Assembly (NCBI GenBank): GCA_905233905.1
Contig: CAJOFN010000001.1
Coordinates: 266-64,265, forward strand
Origin: an uncultured Lachnospiraceae bacterium
GTDB lineage: Bacteria; Bacillota; Clostridia; Lachnospirales; Lachnospiraceae
DNA: 64,000 nucleotides
Direction: 5' to 3'
Below, one piece after another: positions 9,510-18,703 of the stretch; the stretch's first letter is position 1, and each line of letters opens with the position of its first letter. Under the pieces are notes generated by a model. It was not told the origin of the DNA. It made no database searches and saw only the letters and a list, made by a program, of their open reading frames with translations. Both the position numbers and the translations under genes were made by a program.

Positions 9510-10328
9510 TCATTCCTTTCTGTGATTCCTGTAGTACGCAAACATATACTGCTGGTACACTCCGTTATAGGGACTGTATTTTTCAAATGGATACTCCCCA
9601 TTGTATTCATTTTGAACTATTCTCTTTATCCACACATCCTGCGGAAACGCGTCAAGCTGATGGAGTCCGAAAAGAACCATGCAGCTTGCCACCTTTATAC
9701 CCACACCTTTTAATTTGGTAAGCTCCCCTATAGCTTCCTCAAAATCAAGCGTTTTAAGACTGTTTAAATTGATGCTTCCATCAAGAACCGCTCCCGCGGC
9801 CAGATGGATATATTCACAGCGATAGCCCAGAGAACAGGCTCTAAGCTCCGTCTCCTTAAGGGAATAAACGGCCTCCGGGGAGGGAAACGCGAAATACTCC
9901 TCTCCCCGGATATCCGTATGCCTTTCGCCTGTCGTCCTGCACAGCGCCTCTATGGAACGCTGTATCGCGGGAATATTTTTGTTCTGGGAAATTATAAAGC
10001 TTATGAGCATCTCCCATGGCTCCTGACGGAGTATGCGGATGCCCTTTTCCCGACGGCTTGCCTCCCACAGAAAAGGGTCGAAATCCTTATCTATCCTGTG
10101 CCTTATATCACGGTAGCACTCATCAAGGTCAAGGTAGTTATGCCAGTAAGCTTCGTCTTCCTTACAGCCTTCAAGCTGGAAGACCGCCTCTTCTGTCCGG
10201 GTAATATAAGCTGCCTTGTCCCCGCTTATGATACGGTATGTGCCGTCACCGGCTTCCTGCCATCTGAAGCACTGCCCGCTGTCAGCTATAAGCTTTAAAT
10301 CCAGGTCGTCATTTGTATGTATTTCCAA
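9510..10328 (-). CDS. ogg: 8-oxoguanine DNA glycosylase / HhH-GPD family N-glycosylase-lyase
   Basis: HhH-GPD motif LKGVGIKVASCMVLFGLHQLDAFPQDVW, with the Lys and Asp in the expected positions. Confidence 0.75.
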   Translation of the reverse strand: MEIHTNDDLDLKLIADSGQCFRWQEAGDGTYRIISGDKAAYITRTEEAVFQLEGCKEDEAYWHNYLDLDECYRDIRHRIDKDFDPFLWEASRREKGIRILRQEPWEMLISFIISQNKNIPAIQRSIEALCRTTGERHTDIRGEEYFAFPSPEAVYSLKETELRACSLGYRCEYIHLAAGAVLDGSINLNSLKTLDFEEAIGELTKLKGVGIKVASCMVLFGLHQLDAFPQDVWIKRIVQNEYNGEYPFEKYSPYNGVYQQYMFAYYRNHRKE

Positions 10329-10346
10329 AAAATGCTCCCCGGTGCT

Positions 10347-10967
10347 TTAAGCAACAGCGTCAGCGTAACGCTTAGCCACTACATCCCAGTTTATCAGCTT
10401 CCATATCTCATCTACATATTTGGCGCGGAGATTCTTGTAGTCAAGATAATATGCATGCTCCCACACGTCTATTGTAAGCAGGATCTTGCGTCCCGTGCCC
10501 TGGGTTATGGGATTTTCCTGATTGGCTGACTGGGAAAGTGCCAGTGTACCGTCACCGTCACAGGAAAGCCATGCCCAGCCGCTTCCGAACTGTCCAACGG
10601 CAAGAGCGGACATCTTTGTCTTAAACTCGTCAAAGCTTCCAAAGGTCTCGTTGATCTTGTCCAAAAGCTCTCCATCAGGCGCGTTGTCTTCCTTTGGAGC
10701 CCTTAACTGCTCAAAGTAAATATTGTGGTTGTAGAAGCCTCCGCCGTTGTTGGTAATTGCGGTTCGGACTGCATTATCGGGAATCGAAGCAATGTCCGCA
10801 AGCAGCTCTTCTATAGGCTTATCAGAAAGCCCCGCACCCTCTGCCGCGTTGTTGAGATTGGTTGTGTAGGTTGCATGATGCTTGGCGTAGTGAGTCTCTA
10901 CGGTCTCGCGCCCGATAACAGGCTCTAAAGCATCATATCCGTAAGGTAATTTGATCTGTTCGTACAT
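10347..10967 (-). CDS. sodA: Fe/Mn superoxide dismutase
   Basis: LPYGYDALEP N-terminus and the DVWEHAYYLDYKN metal-ligand motif. Confidence 0.9.
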   Translation of the reverse strand: MYEQIKLPYGYDALEPVIGRETVETHYAKHHATYTTNLNNAAEGAGLSDKPIEELLADIASIPDNAVRTAITNNGGGFYNHNIYFEQLRAPKEDNAPDGELLDKINETFGSFDEFKTKMSALAVGQFGSGWAWLSCDGDGTLALSQSANQENPITQGTGRKILLTIDVWEHAYYLDYKNLRAKYVDEIWKLINWDVVAKRYADAVA

Positions 10968-10968
10968 G

Positions 10969-12054
10969 TTATCCCTCCTTGCTTTTTCTGAATGAAATAA
11001 AAAGACTTTTTAACATACCGTTAAATTCCTTGCGTTTATCTTTGGGAAGAGAACGCGCGGTCTTTAACGCGTCACCTATTCCCGATAAGATCCCCTCGCT
11101 CTTAAGATCATCTAAGGTCGTGGCACCATTGGACATCAGAAGCTCAAATAATACATCCGTAAAGAAGCATCTGTCCTCATCAGAAAGTCCGCAGAGCCAG
11201 TTGGATACAGCTTCATCCATCTGGATACTCTTTTCCGTCCTTCCCGGTGCTTCCACCAGCCTGTCCCTTAAGACCATCCAGGTGGTAGGATCGTGCTGTG
11301 ACAATCCTTCGGCTGTGCTTTTGACTATTTTGTGATCGTATCTGCCTCCGAAAAGAGCCCCCACAAGGGTACTTTCGGGGATTATGCTCTTTACCTTTTT
11401 AAGTACCGCCGCGTATTCCCTGCCTGAAGTGATCTCCTCCCGAAAGCCAGGTCCGTCGTTGGAATAAACGGATATAATATGCTCCCTGATATCAGGCTCG
11501 GCATAGGCCGATGAAAAAACGGCAAAATTACCGCCCTTGGAGTGTCCGCCCACAAGTATCCTGCCCTTGTAGCCCAGAAAATGTCTGTTGAGATATTCCA
11601 GAGCCAGCTCCTGTCCCTCGGTGACCGGCATGTAGCTAAGGTTGAAATCTTCCTTCCAGCCTATTAAGGTATTGTCCGTACCCCTGTATGCCACATACAC
11701 AAAATCCGGGAACAGGAATGACACAGCGGACATCTGGGCGATGCCCTCTGTATCAATGGAGTTGGTGTAATACGCTACCCTCATATTCCCGAAGCGCACA
11801 GACTGTCCAAGCTTCTCCAAAATGAAGGGTGCCATTTTGTGACGCAGACGGTCTTCATATACCTCCTCCCTTTTGAATTGCTTGAAAAACGCTTCGGAAG
11901 CCTCCCGGGGCGTTGTTATTCCGTTCTCATCGAGTATGCCGTCCAAAAGAGTATAGGCGCTCTGTGATAATATCAGATTGTCAACATCGTTAAATGGACT
12001 TAAGGAAAAGGGCACATCCCCTCTCCAGTCCAGGTAATCCAATATATTTGCCAT
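10969..12054 (-). CDS. DUF2974 (Mbeg1-like) alpha/beta-hydrolase
   Basis: GGHSKGGN nucleophile-elbow motif within a roughly 360-aa protein. Family assignment is from memory. Confidence 0.55.
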   Translation of the reverse strand: MANILDYLDWRGDVPFSLSPFNDVDNLILSQSAYTLLDGILDENGITTPREASEAFFKQFKREEVYEDRLRHKMAPFILEKLGQSVRFGNMRVAYYTNSIDTEGIAQMSAVSFLFPDFVYVAYRGTDNTLIGWKEDFNLSYMPVTEGQELALEYLNRHFLGYKGRILVGGHSKGGNFAVFSSAYAEPDIREHIISVYSNDGPGFREEITSGREYAAVLKKVKSIIPESTLVGALFGGRYDHKIVKSTAEGLSQHDPTTWMVLRDRLVEAPGRTEKSIQMDEAVSNWLCGLSDEDRCFFTDVLFELLMSNGATTLDDLKSEGILSGIGDALKTARSLPKDKRKEFNGMLKSLFISFRKSKEG

Positions 12055-12059
12055 GGTTA

Positions 12060-12842
12060 TTATCTGTTCATTGCATCCTCAAGGGCATCCACTATGGTAT
12101 CTACTACCACGTCAGCCTTTTTCTGAAGCTCTTCGGGGGCGTAGTGGAAGGTATAGGCTACATCTGCAGCCTCAATAAGAGGCATGTCGTTCATGGAATC
12201 TCCTATTCCAAAAAGGATGCAGTCACCCATGTGTGCCCGCAGCGCCTCTACTCCCTTGCCCTTGGAGCAGCCCCGGGGCGCCGTATCCACCTCTATAACG
12301 TTGCGGAAGGCCTCAACATGCTCTCCAAAGCGCTCATTTATAAGATCAACTATGGCCTGGGCATCCTCCACGCTCTCGGTGTGGCAGCTTACCTGATGGA
12401 TGAAGCCATCGGGACATTCGCTCACTTCATTGATGAGATAATACTTGCCGGGATAGTCGATCTCCCTGAAAACACAGATCTCCCCGCCCACGTCGAGTGT
12501 TACGCGGTAAAAATAGTCCTTTCCGCCTCTCTGTCTTAGCATATCGACTATTTCGGCAGTCACCTTGCGGTCAACACCTCTTTCGAGTATGGTATTGCCC
12601 TTGCCGTCTATGATATAGGAACCGCTCGAGGTGATATAAAAGTCAGGCTCTATGTAGCCACCTATAAACGGAGTAAGTCCTGCCATCTGCCTGCCGGTAC
12701 AAAGACCGAAAAGGTGTCCTGCCTCCTGAAATTCTTTTATTTTCCTAACTGATGCAGGGGGAAGCTGTTCTTCCTGGGTCTTTCCCTTGTAGAAATACAG
12801 AGTCCCGTCAAAATCACTTGCAAATACTTTTTTCATACACAT
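12060..12842 (-). CDS. HAD-IIB (Cof-type) phosphatase
   Basis: DxD motif FASDFDGTLY and motif IV GDSMNDMPL. Confidence 0.8.
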   Translation of the reverse strand: MCMKKVFASDFDGTLYFYKGKTQEEQLPPASVRKIKEFQEAGHLFGLCTGRQMAGLTPFIGGYIEPDFYITSSGSYIIDGKGNTILERGVDRKVTAEIVDMLRQRGGKDYFYRVTLDVGGEICVFREIDYPGKYYLINEVSECPDGFIHQVSCHTESVEDAQAIVDLINERFGEHVEAFRNVIEVDTAPRGCSKGKGVEALRAHMGDCILFGIGDSMNDMPLIEAADVAYTFHYAPEELQKKADVVVDTIVDALEDAMNR

Positions 12843-12860
12843 CCTCCGGACAGATTGCCC

Positions 12861-14318
12861 TTATACGACAAAATCATCATTTACTGAAGCCTTGTAGTTC
12901 CAAAGTTTGAGCGAGTTGTAGTTGTCTATGGTGTAGCCATGCTCTTCTACTGTGGGATAGACATGGGAGGTAAAGGTCGCCTCTCCGTTGTTGATGAATA
13001 TTTCAACTGAACTTCTGTCTATAAAGATCTGAAGCTTCCTAAGACCGTCAGGTATCGGCACACTTAAGACCTCACCCACGCTCTCGTTATATCTCTTTGA
13101 CATGCCTCTCTTGTCTATGACAGCTTCTTTTTTGGCGCTGTCATAGTTTATTACAAAACCGCCGCTACCGTCTGCCCCTGTAAAGAGGGCAAGCCTCGTA
13201 TCGCCTCCGGTAAAGGTAGCCTCTAACTCGCCGTATTCAGGAAGCTTGTTCTCGGCGGGTATCTCACTTTCCCTGAGATCAGTGACCCCCTCCACGGGAG
13301 TCTGTATCAGTCTGCCGTCAACAACCCGAAGCTCTCTGGGGATAGTCATGCTGCCTTCCCATTCCTCGGGTTCCGTGGGGTAGTGATTGTCCGGAAGGCC
13401 GATCCAGGCGATAAGGATGGCTTTGTTGGGGTCTCCCACATTGGCAGCACCCTGAGCCGCGTAAAAGTCAAAACCGAAATCCAAAAACTGATAATCATTC
13501 TCAGGAGTGAAGGTAAGGGTATCGTAATCCATATGCCCTATGAGATAGACATTGTGATTGGTACTCTCGCTCCTGCCGGGAAGGGTCGTATACTGCGGTG
13601 AAAAGATCAGTACGTCCTTGCCTGAAATATTGACTATATAAGGGCACTCCCACATGCCGCCAAAGCTCTCATAGCCAGGTACATTAAGCTGTCCTTCAAA
13701 GCTCCATCCTTCAAGCAGATCCTTTGAACTGTATATAAGAACAGTTCCCCTTTCATCAAGGGTCTGCGCACCGATCAGAATGTAATATCTGTCCTTGGCC
13801 TCATTATAGACAACCTTCGGGTCCCTCTGATGCTCGCTGTAATCGTCCCTCGGTCCGAAAAGCGGCTCGGGAAGCTTGGTAAGCTTGCCGGTCTCATCAA
13901 GCTTTGCGGCGCAGGTGTAAGGAGTCCTCACCCAGTTCTCATCCCGGTGATTGCCCGTGTAAAAGAAATAAAGCTGGCCATCAACCGATATAGCGGAGCC
14001 GGAGTGATTGCCCTTGTTGTCATAGAACGAGTCGGGACGAAGACCTATTCCTGCGTTCTTCCAGTGAACCAGATCCTCAGATGTAACATGATACCAATAC
14101 TTTAAGCCATGAACCGCACCCCAGGGCGTCCACTGATAAAACAGATGCCATTTGCCGTCATGATACACAAAACCGTTAGGATCACTGGAAAGCCCCGTAA
14201 CAGGCTGGATGTGGTATTTCTGCCTGTAGACGGATTTTTTGATCCTCTCGAAAAGCTCTGATATCTCCGACGGGTCGTTGAGTACGCGATAACGTTCCTC
14301 CAAAGTCCATTCTTTCAT
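12861..14318 (-). CDS. scrB: glycoside hydrolase family 32 (sucrose-6-phosphate hydrolase / beta-fructofuranosidase)
   Basis: SSDPNGFVYHDGKWHLFYQW nucleophile block plus the RDPKV and ECP motifs. Confidence 0.85.
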   Translation of the reverse strand: MKEWTLEERYRVLNDPSEISELFERIKKSVYRQKYHIQPVTGLSSDPNGFVYHDGKWHLFYQWTPWGAVHGLKYWYHVTSEDLVHWKNAGIGLRPDSFYDNKGNHSGSAISVDGQLYFFYTGNHRDENWVRTPYTCAAKLDETGKLTKLPEPLFGPRDDYSEHQRDPKVVYNEAKDRYYILIGAQTLDERGTVLIYSSKDLLEGWSFEGQLNVPGYESFGGMWECPYIVNISGKDVLIFSPQYTTLPGRSESTNHNVYLIGHMDYDTLTFTPENDYQFLDFGFDFYAAQGAANVGDPNKAILIAWIGLPDNHYPTEPEEWEGSMTIPRELRVVDGRLIQTPVEGVTDLRESEIPAENKLPEYGELEATFTGGDTRLALFTGADGSGGFVINYDSAKKEAVIDKRGMSKRYNESVGEVLSVPIPDGLRKLQIFIDRSSVEIFINNGEATFTSHVYPTVEEHGYTIDNYNSLKLWNYKASVNDDFVV

Positions 14319-14442
14319 ATGTAGTCTCCCCCTTTTTTGTTTTACTCGCTAAAGTAAACTTAATTCTAACATAAGTACATATATAAGTTCAACGACAATT
14401 CTTGATTATCATATCTGCCCTTTTTTATCAAGCTGTATCTGC

Positions 14443-14471
14443 TTGACTTTTGTCTTAAGGTGTTATAGAAT
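14443..14471 (+). promoter_or_regulatory. sigma-A promoter TTGACT-N17-TAGAAT driving tRNA-Gly
   Basis: -35 at 14443-14448 and -10 at 14466-14471. The tRNA 5' end is 10 nt downstream of the -10. Confidence 0.6.
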
Positions 14472-14480
14472 TTTTCGGGT

Positions 14481-14551
14481 GCAGGGCTAGTACATCGGTA
14501 GTATATCAGCTTCCCAAGCTGAGGAGGCGGGTTCGACTCCCGTGCCCTGCT
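14481..14551 (+). tRNA. tRNA-Gly (anticodon CCC), CCA not encoded
   Basis: Hand-folded cloverleaf. Acceptor GCAGGGC/GCCCTGC, D stem GTAC/GTAT, anticodon stem TCAGC/GCTGA with loop TTCCCAA, T arm GCGGG-TTCGACT-CCCGT. Discriminator T is followed by a T-run. Confidence 0.85.
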
Positions 14552-14597
14552 TTTTTGCTGAAGATTTTAAACGCTGCCGGAGCACTTATAAGCTGCC

Positions 14598-15302
14598 ATG
14601 AATTTTAAAATACTAAAAGAGGGAATGCACGACGGCATCCCCATTGGATTGGGATATTTTGCGGTAAGCTTTGCCTTTGGCATGATGGCGTGTTCAAAGG
14701 GCATGGGCATAGTGCCTGCTGTGGTCATATCAGCGTCTAACCTGACCTCCGCCGGGCAGTTCGCGGGGCTTGACGTGATATTTACCGATGCGGGATTTGT
14801 GCAGATGGCCCTGACACAGTTCATAATCAATCTTCGATACAGTCTTATGTCATTTTCCATATCCCAGAAGCTTGATGACGGTGGGAATATACTTCACCGC
14901 TTCATAGTAGCCTTTGGCGTGACAGACGAGATCTTCGGCATCAGCGCCTCTCGTCCGGGCGCATTATCTCCATATTATAATTACGGAGCAATGTGTGTGG
15001 CAATCCCGGGATGGGTCTTTGGAACCCTGTGCGGTGCAATTTCCGGCAATCTGCTTCCCCATATGCTCATAAGCGCTCTGTCGGTGGCGATATACGGCAT
15101 GTTTCTTGCTATAATCATTCCGCCTGCAAGGGACAGCGCCCCCATAAGATGGGTGGTAATAGCTTCAATGGCACTTGCGGCAGCCTTTAAGCTGATTCCC
15201 GTGCTTTCCAGTATTTCCTCCGGCGCCATGATAATAATCGTAACGGTACTGGTTGCAGGAGTGGCCGCATGGCTGATGCCGGTAAAGGAAGAAGAGCTAT
15301 GA
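14598..15302 (+). CDS. azlC: AzlC-family branched-chain amino acid exporter subunit
   Basis: Polytopic membrane protein. N-terminal GIPIGLGYFAVSFAFGMMA resembles AzlC, and azlD follows it. Confidence 0.8.
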   Translation: MNFKILKEGMHDGIPIGLGYFAVSFAFGMMACSKGMGIVPAVVISASNLTSAGQFAGLDVIFTDAGFVQMALTQFIINLRYSLMSFSISQKLDDGGNILHRFIVAFGVTDEIFGISASRPGALSPYYNYGAMCVAIPGWVFGTLCGAISGNLLPHMLISALSVAIYGMFLAIIIPPARDSAPIRWVVIASMALAAAFKLIPVLSSISSGAMIIIVTVLVAGVAAWLMPVKEEEL

Positions 15303-15604
15303 CACATAATATTTATATGTACATTTTAGTAATGGCAGGTGTAACATACCTTATCCGGATGCTGCCATTAGTTCTTTTTAAGAAGCCAATAAAGTCACGT
15401 TTCGTACATTCCTTCCTGTACTATGTGCCCTTTGCCTGCCTTGCGGCAATGACTTTTCCGGCGATAATCTATGAGCCTGATATGCTCCTTGCAGGAGTGG
15501 CGGCTTTTATCACCGCACTTATCTTCGCTTACCGCAGATACAGCCTTATAGTGGTGGCTCTTGCTGCCTGCGCGGCGGTTTTTATAGTGGAAAGATTGCT
15601 GTAG
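15299..15604 (+). CDS. azlD: AzlD-family small membrane subunit
   Basis: About 100-aa hydrophobic protein. The ATG at 15299 overlaps the azlC stop (ATGA); the longer ORF-track start at 15269 is less likely. Confidence 0.75.
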   Translation: MTHNIYMYILVMAGVTYLIRMLPLVLFKKPIKSRFVHSFLYYVPFACLAAMTFPAIIYEPDMLLAGVAAFITALIFAYRRYSLIVVALAACAAVFIVERLL

Positions 15605-15605
15605 A

Positions 15606-16289
15606 TCACAGACTGTATTTCTTACAGAGATAATATTTGGAAAAAGCGGTTCTGAAAAGCCCCTGCATCTGAATAGCCTGCTGGATAAATGAGGGGAGAT
15701 ATTCGTCGTATTTTACCTCGAGAAGATGGGTGCCGGCAGCCGTGACGGGACGCATCGCAAGCCTTTCTGCAAAGAAGCTGTCAAAGTCTACAGAGGAAGA
15801 AATATTCTTATCAAAGGTTATCCTGACATTCCCAAGATCATATATATAAGGAGTTCTGTCATAAACGGTTATGACAGAGGGAGTAAAGAGCTTCGTACCT
15901 CTTAACGCTTCAAATTCACGCAGCAGCTCTTTGCCGGTTTCCCTGATACCGGTTCCGTGTATAAGGGCATCTGCTTCATCCCGGGTAAGTATGCAGCGGT
16001 CTTTATGTGTCATCCCGTGAAGCTTGCTCTTTTTTTCAAGGAAGATCGCGGCATCAGAATGATCATATATCCGTATCCGCCACTTGACCCTGCGGTCGAA
16101 ACCGCCTTCATTGTCATGGTAGCACGAAAGCATGGCGTCATCAAAATAAAGGCTTAAAATTCGATATTGACGGCCCTCGCCGCTTTCGGCATGCATATCC
16201 CTTGGAATAATTGCATCCAGTCTGGCTTCAAGTATAGATAGCATCCCTGCTGTTACAATGAATTTGTTTTCGTGACGGTAGTATGCCAT
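15606..16289 (-). CDS. VTC-domain protein (triphosphate-tunnel / polyphosphate-polymerase-like)
   Basis: The sequence shows a periodic pattern of charged beta-strand residues typical of the Vtc4 tunnel fold: HENKF, RILSLYFD, VKWRIRIY, FLEKKSK, LLEVKYD. Confidence 0.65.
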   Translation of the reverse strand: MAYYRHENKFIVTAGMLSILEARLDAIIPRDMHAESGEGRQYRILSLYFDDAMLSCYHDNEGGFDRRVKWRIRIYDHSDAAIFLEKKSKLHGMTHKDRCILTRDEADALIHGTGIRETGKELLREFEALRGTKLFTPSVITVYDRTPYIYDLGNVRITFDKNISSSVDFDSFFAERLAMRPVTAAGTHLLEVKYDEYLPSFIQQAIQMQGLFRTAFSKYYLCKKYSL

Positions 16290-16292
16290 AGC

Positions 16293-16973
16293 CTAAAATA
16301 CCGCCTCTCCGTCATGCTCTAAAAGGGATGCGGTTTCTACTGCCTTTAGCTTTATTATCTCGTGAACAAGCGCCTTGCCCTCTGAGGTGCGCATCTCAAT
16401 GGTCATGTTAATGCCGGTTTTGGTAAGGTTGCGCGCCTTTACGGAAAAGCTTTCAGCATGTTTGTTGACAGCGTGAAGCACCTTGTCCTCCACCTCCTCG
16501 TCCTCTAAGGAAGCATTTACAACAAGAAGCTGTGGCGCCTTTGAATCAGGTATCTGTTCAAGGGCGAAAATTCCCAAGGTAAGCACCACTGAAAGGATAA
16601 TGGCATATTCAGCGTGTCCGGCTCCGCAAATTATACCGATACTGATGGACCAGAATAAAAACATCAGATCCATAGGGTCCTTTATCGCGGTTCTGAACCT
16701 TACGATTGAGAGGGCACCGACCATTCCCAGGGATACCATGATGCTTGAGTGGATGGTTATGATGATGGCTGCCGTTATAACGCAGACTCCGGCAAGAGAT
16801 ATATTAAAACTCCTTGAATAAAAGGTGGATCTTGTCATCCATCTGTAAACAAAAAATATGTATACTGCCAGAACAGCCGATACAGATATGGTTACTGCTA
16901 CGTCAGCGACTGATATGGTGGTATTGGCCCACCCCTCAAGGAATGAATGTTTGAAAATATCCTGAAATGTCAT
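16293..16973 (-). CDS. DUF4956-family membrane protein
   Basis: Four or five TM helices and the GALSIVRFRTAIKDPMD motif I associate with DUF4956, plus a soluble C-terminal domain of about 75 aa. Confidence 0.6.
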   Translation of the reverse strand: MTFQDIFKHSFLEGWANTTISVADVAVTISVSAVLAVYIFFVYRWMTRSTFYSRSFNISLAGVCVITAAIIITIHSSIMVSLGMVGALSIVRFRTAIKDPMDLMFLFWSISIGIICGAGHAEYAIILSVVLTLGIFALEQIPDSKAPQLLVVNASLEDEEVEDKVLHAVNKHAESFSVKARNLTKTGINMTIEMRTSEGKALVHEIIKLKAVETASLLEHDGEAVF

Positions 16974-18703
16974 TGCGCCTCCTTTGGCTGTTTTTTCAGA
17001 TACAGATATATATCACCACGAGGAACGAAGGGCTGATCGTATTCTTCGCCGGTTTCGTTATCATACCATACCGGCTCGGCAATATCATAATAGCCTGCAT
17101 CCGGGAATTTGTCGAACATATTTCCGTCCTTAACCTCGTATTCCCTGATCTTGCCCCGTTCTTCGGGCTCTATTCCCACAATGTGATAGGTTGATCCATT
17201 GATCCACTTGTCATCCATGACATGAATACGGGCATTTATGTATCTTTTTACCGCGGCTATGGCACTTTTTAAATCCTTGTGGGTATATCCCACAGGAGGT
17301 ATAAAGGGCTGGCATCTGTAAAAATTATTGACGTTGGCGGAATATAGCCTGTCTGACAGCTCGTCATAGCCATCCTTTACAAGAGCTTCTAACAGAGGGC
17401 GAAGCTCTTTTTTGTAAACCTTTGCGACATGCTTTCTAAATGCAGGCTTTTCAAACAGAGCCTTGTAGTACGGAGTTACCACATTCCTCCGTCTGTACGT
17501 GGCAGCAGCCGCAAAAAGATAAGGCTCATCAACAGAGTCCTCCTGCATGAAAGCCTTGTCATAGTCCCACACCGGACCGCCGTATATCTTAAGCCTGCCG
17601 CTATCCTCCATGGCGTACATATAGCTGGAAAGCTTGTCGGCATCAAAATTGCCTGAAAATTCATCTATGAGATATTTTTTTGCCCAGGAATCCATGTCAA
17701 TAATGGTTTTCCATTCGCTGCCGGGATAAAAGAAGGAGTCCTCCATTTGCTGGATCGTATCAGAAATCTCAATCAGGGTATCATCATCGTAGTTTTCCGG
17801 CTCAACTACCTGTATGGCTATATCCTTTGTGGTCATATAGTCCGCTTCGTCATCTCTTTTGGCAGTTTCCTGTTCAACTACGAAATCAGCCTCCTTGGAT
17901 ATGCGGTTGTCGCCCTTTTCGATCTTTTCCGTGATCAGGTAAAGCCCGTTATATCTGCCGTTTAAATATACATCAGCATACTCACCCTTCACAGACCATT
18001 CAGAAAAGAGTTCGTTTGAAAGGTCGTATATTATCTTATTGCGCATATTGGTGGCATCATAGGCGTTGGCGATCAGAAGCCATTTTTTGGCGTCGCCCAT
18101 CCCAAGAATACTGCGGGACTTGTCAAGCTTTATCTGATAGGGCTTTTTATCTGCCAGCCAGGTTGAGTTGCCGTGGCCCTTAATTGTGGCGGAAAGCTCT
18201 CCCGTGCTTTCTTCTCCGTCCTCTGAAATGAAATTAGCGGTAGCTTTTTCCTTGCGGTCTTTGTTTTTGGTAATATAGTAGTCCTCATCTTTGACAGTAA
18301 CAAAAAGCGCCGCAACGTTTTTGGAGCTGTGAAAGGTAAGGGTATAATCAGCATCCCCTATCCTCAAGGTATAGGGCTCGTCAAATTCCTTGTCAGGGAA
18401 GCTTTTGCCGGTTTTTATCGGTCTTCCGTCAAATATTAGCCACTTGGTGCCGTTTACTCGCAAGATCAGATCTGACAGCCTGCCGTAAGAGGGCAGAAAC
18501 AGATCGTAATCGCCGTCAGGATTCTTCCACGGAATAAGGGTATCTCTTATGCCTGAATGAACAAGCTCGAAATAAAAGGGCTCGTCTTCATTAACGCTCT
18601 TATCGTCATGGACATCAAGATACACTCCGTAGACACCGGCAAAGGCAAACATTACGGTAAATATGATGATGATATAGGAAATCCTGCGTCTGTTCAATGG
18701 CAA
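16970..18703 (-). CDS. CotH-family atypical protein kinase, N-terminally membrane-anchored
   Basis: GHGNSTW...KKPYQIKLD and NGRYNGLYLI blocks are typical of CotH. The N-terminal RRR plus one TM helix predicts that the bulk of the protein is outside the cell. Overlaps murI by 10 nt and DUF4956 by 4 nt. Confidence 0.75.
   Translation of the reverse strand: MPLNRRRISYIIIIFTVMFAFAGVYGVYLDVHDDKSVNEDEPFYFELVHSGIRDTLIPWKNPDGDYDLFLPSYGRLSDLILRVNGTKWLIFDGRPIKTGKSFPDKEFDEPYTLRIGDADYTLTFHSSKNVAALFVTVKDEDYYITKNKDRKEKATANFISEDGEESTGELSATIKGHGNSTWLADKKPYQIKLDKSRSILGMGDAKKWLLIANAYDATNMRNKIIYDLSNELFSEWSVKGEYADVYLNGRYNGLYLITEKIEKGDNRISKEADFVVEQETAKRDDEADYMTTKDIAIQVVEPENYDDDTLIEISDTIQQMEDSFFYPGSEWKTIIDMDSWAKKYLIDEFSGNFDADKLSSYMYAMEDSGRLKIYGGPVWDYDKAFMQEDSVDEPYLFAAAATYRRRNVVTPYYKALFEKPAFRKHVAKVYKKELRPLLEALVKDGYDELSDRLYSANVNNFYRCQPFIPPVGYTHKDLKSAIAAVKRYINARIHVMDDKWINGSTYHIVGIEPEERGKIREYEVKDGNMFDKFPDAGYYDIAEPVWYDNETGEEYDQPFVPRGDIYLYLKKQPKEAQ

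Noticed and set aside
14552-14597. Regulatory leader between tRNA-Gly and azlC.
   Set aside because: It is only 46 nt, with a T-run right after the tRNA and no obvious structure or SD. There is nothing supportable beyond possible read-through from the tRNA promoter.
14319-14600. tRNA-Gly as an integration hot spot or island boundary.
   Set aside because: No integrase, no visible direct repeat of the tRNA 3' end nearby, and the flanking genes (GH32 sucrase, azlCD) look like ordinary chromosomal genes.
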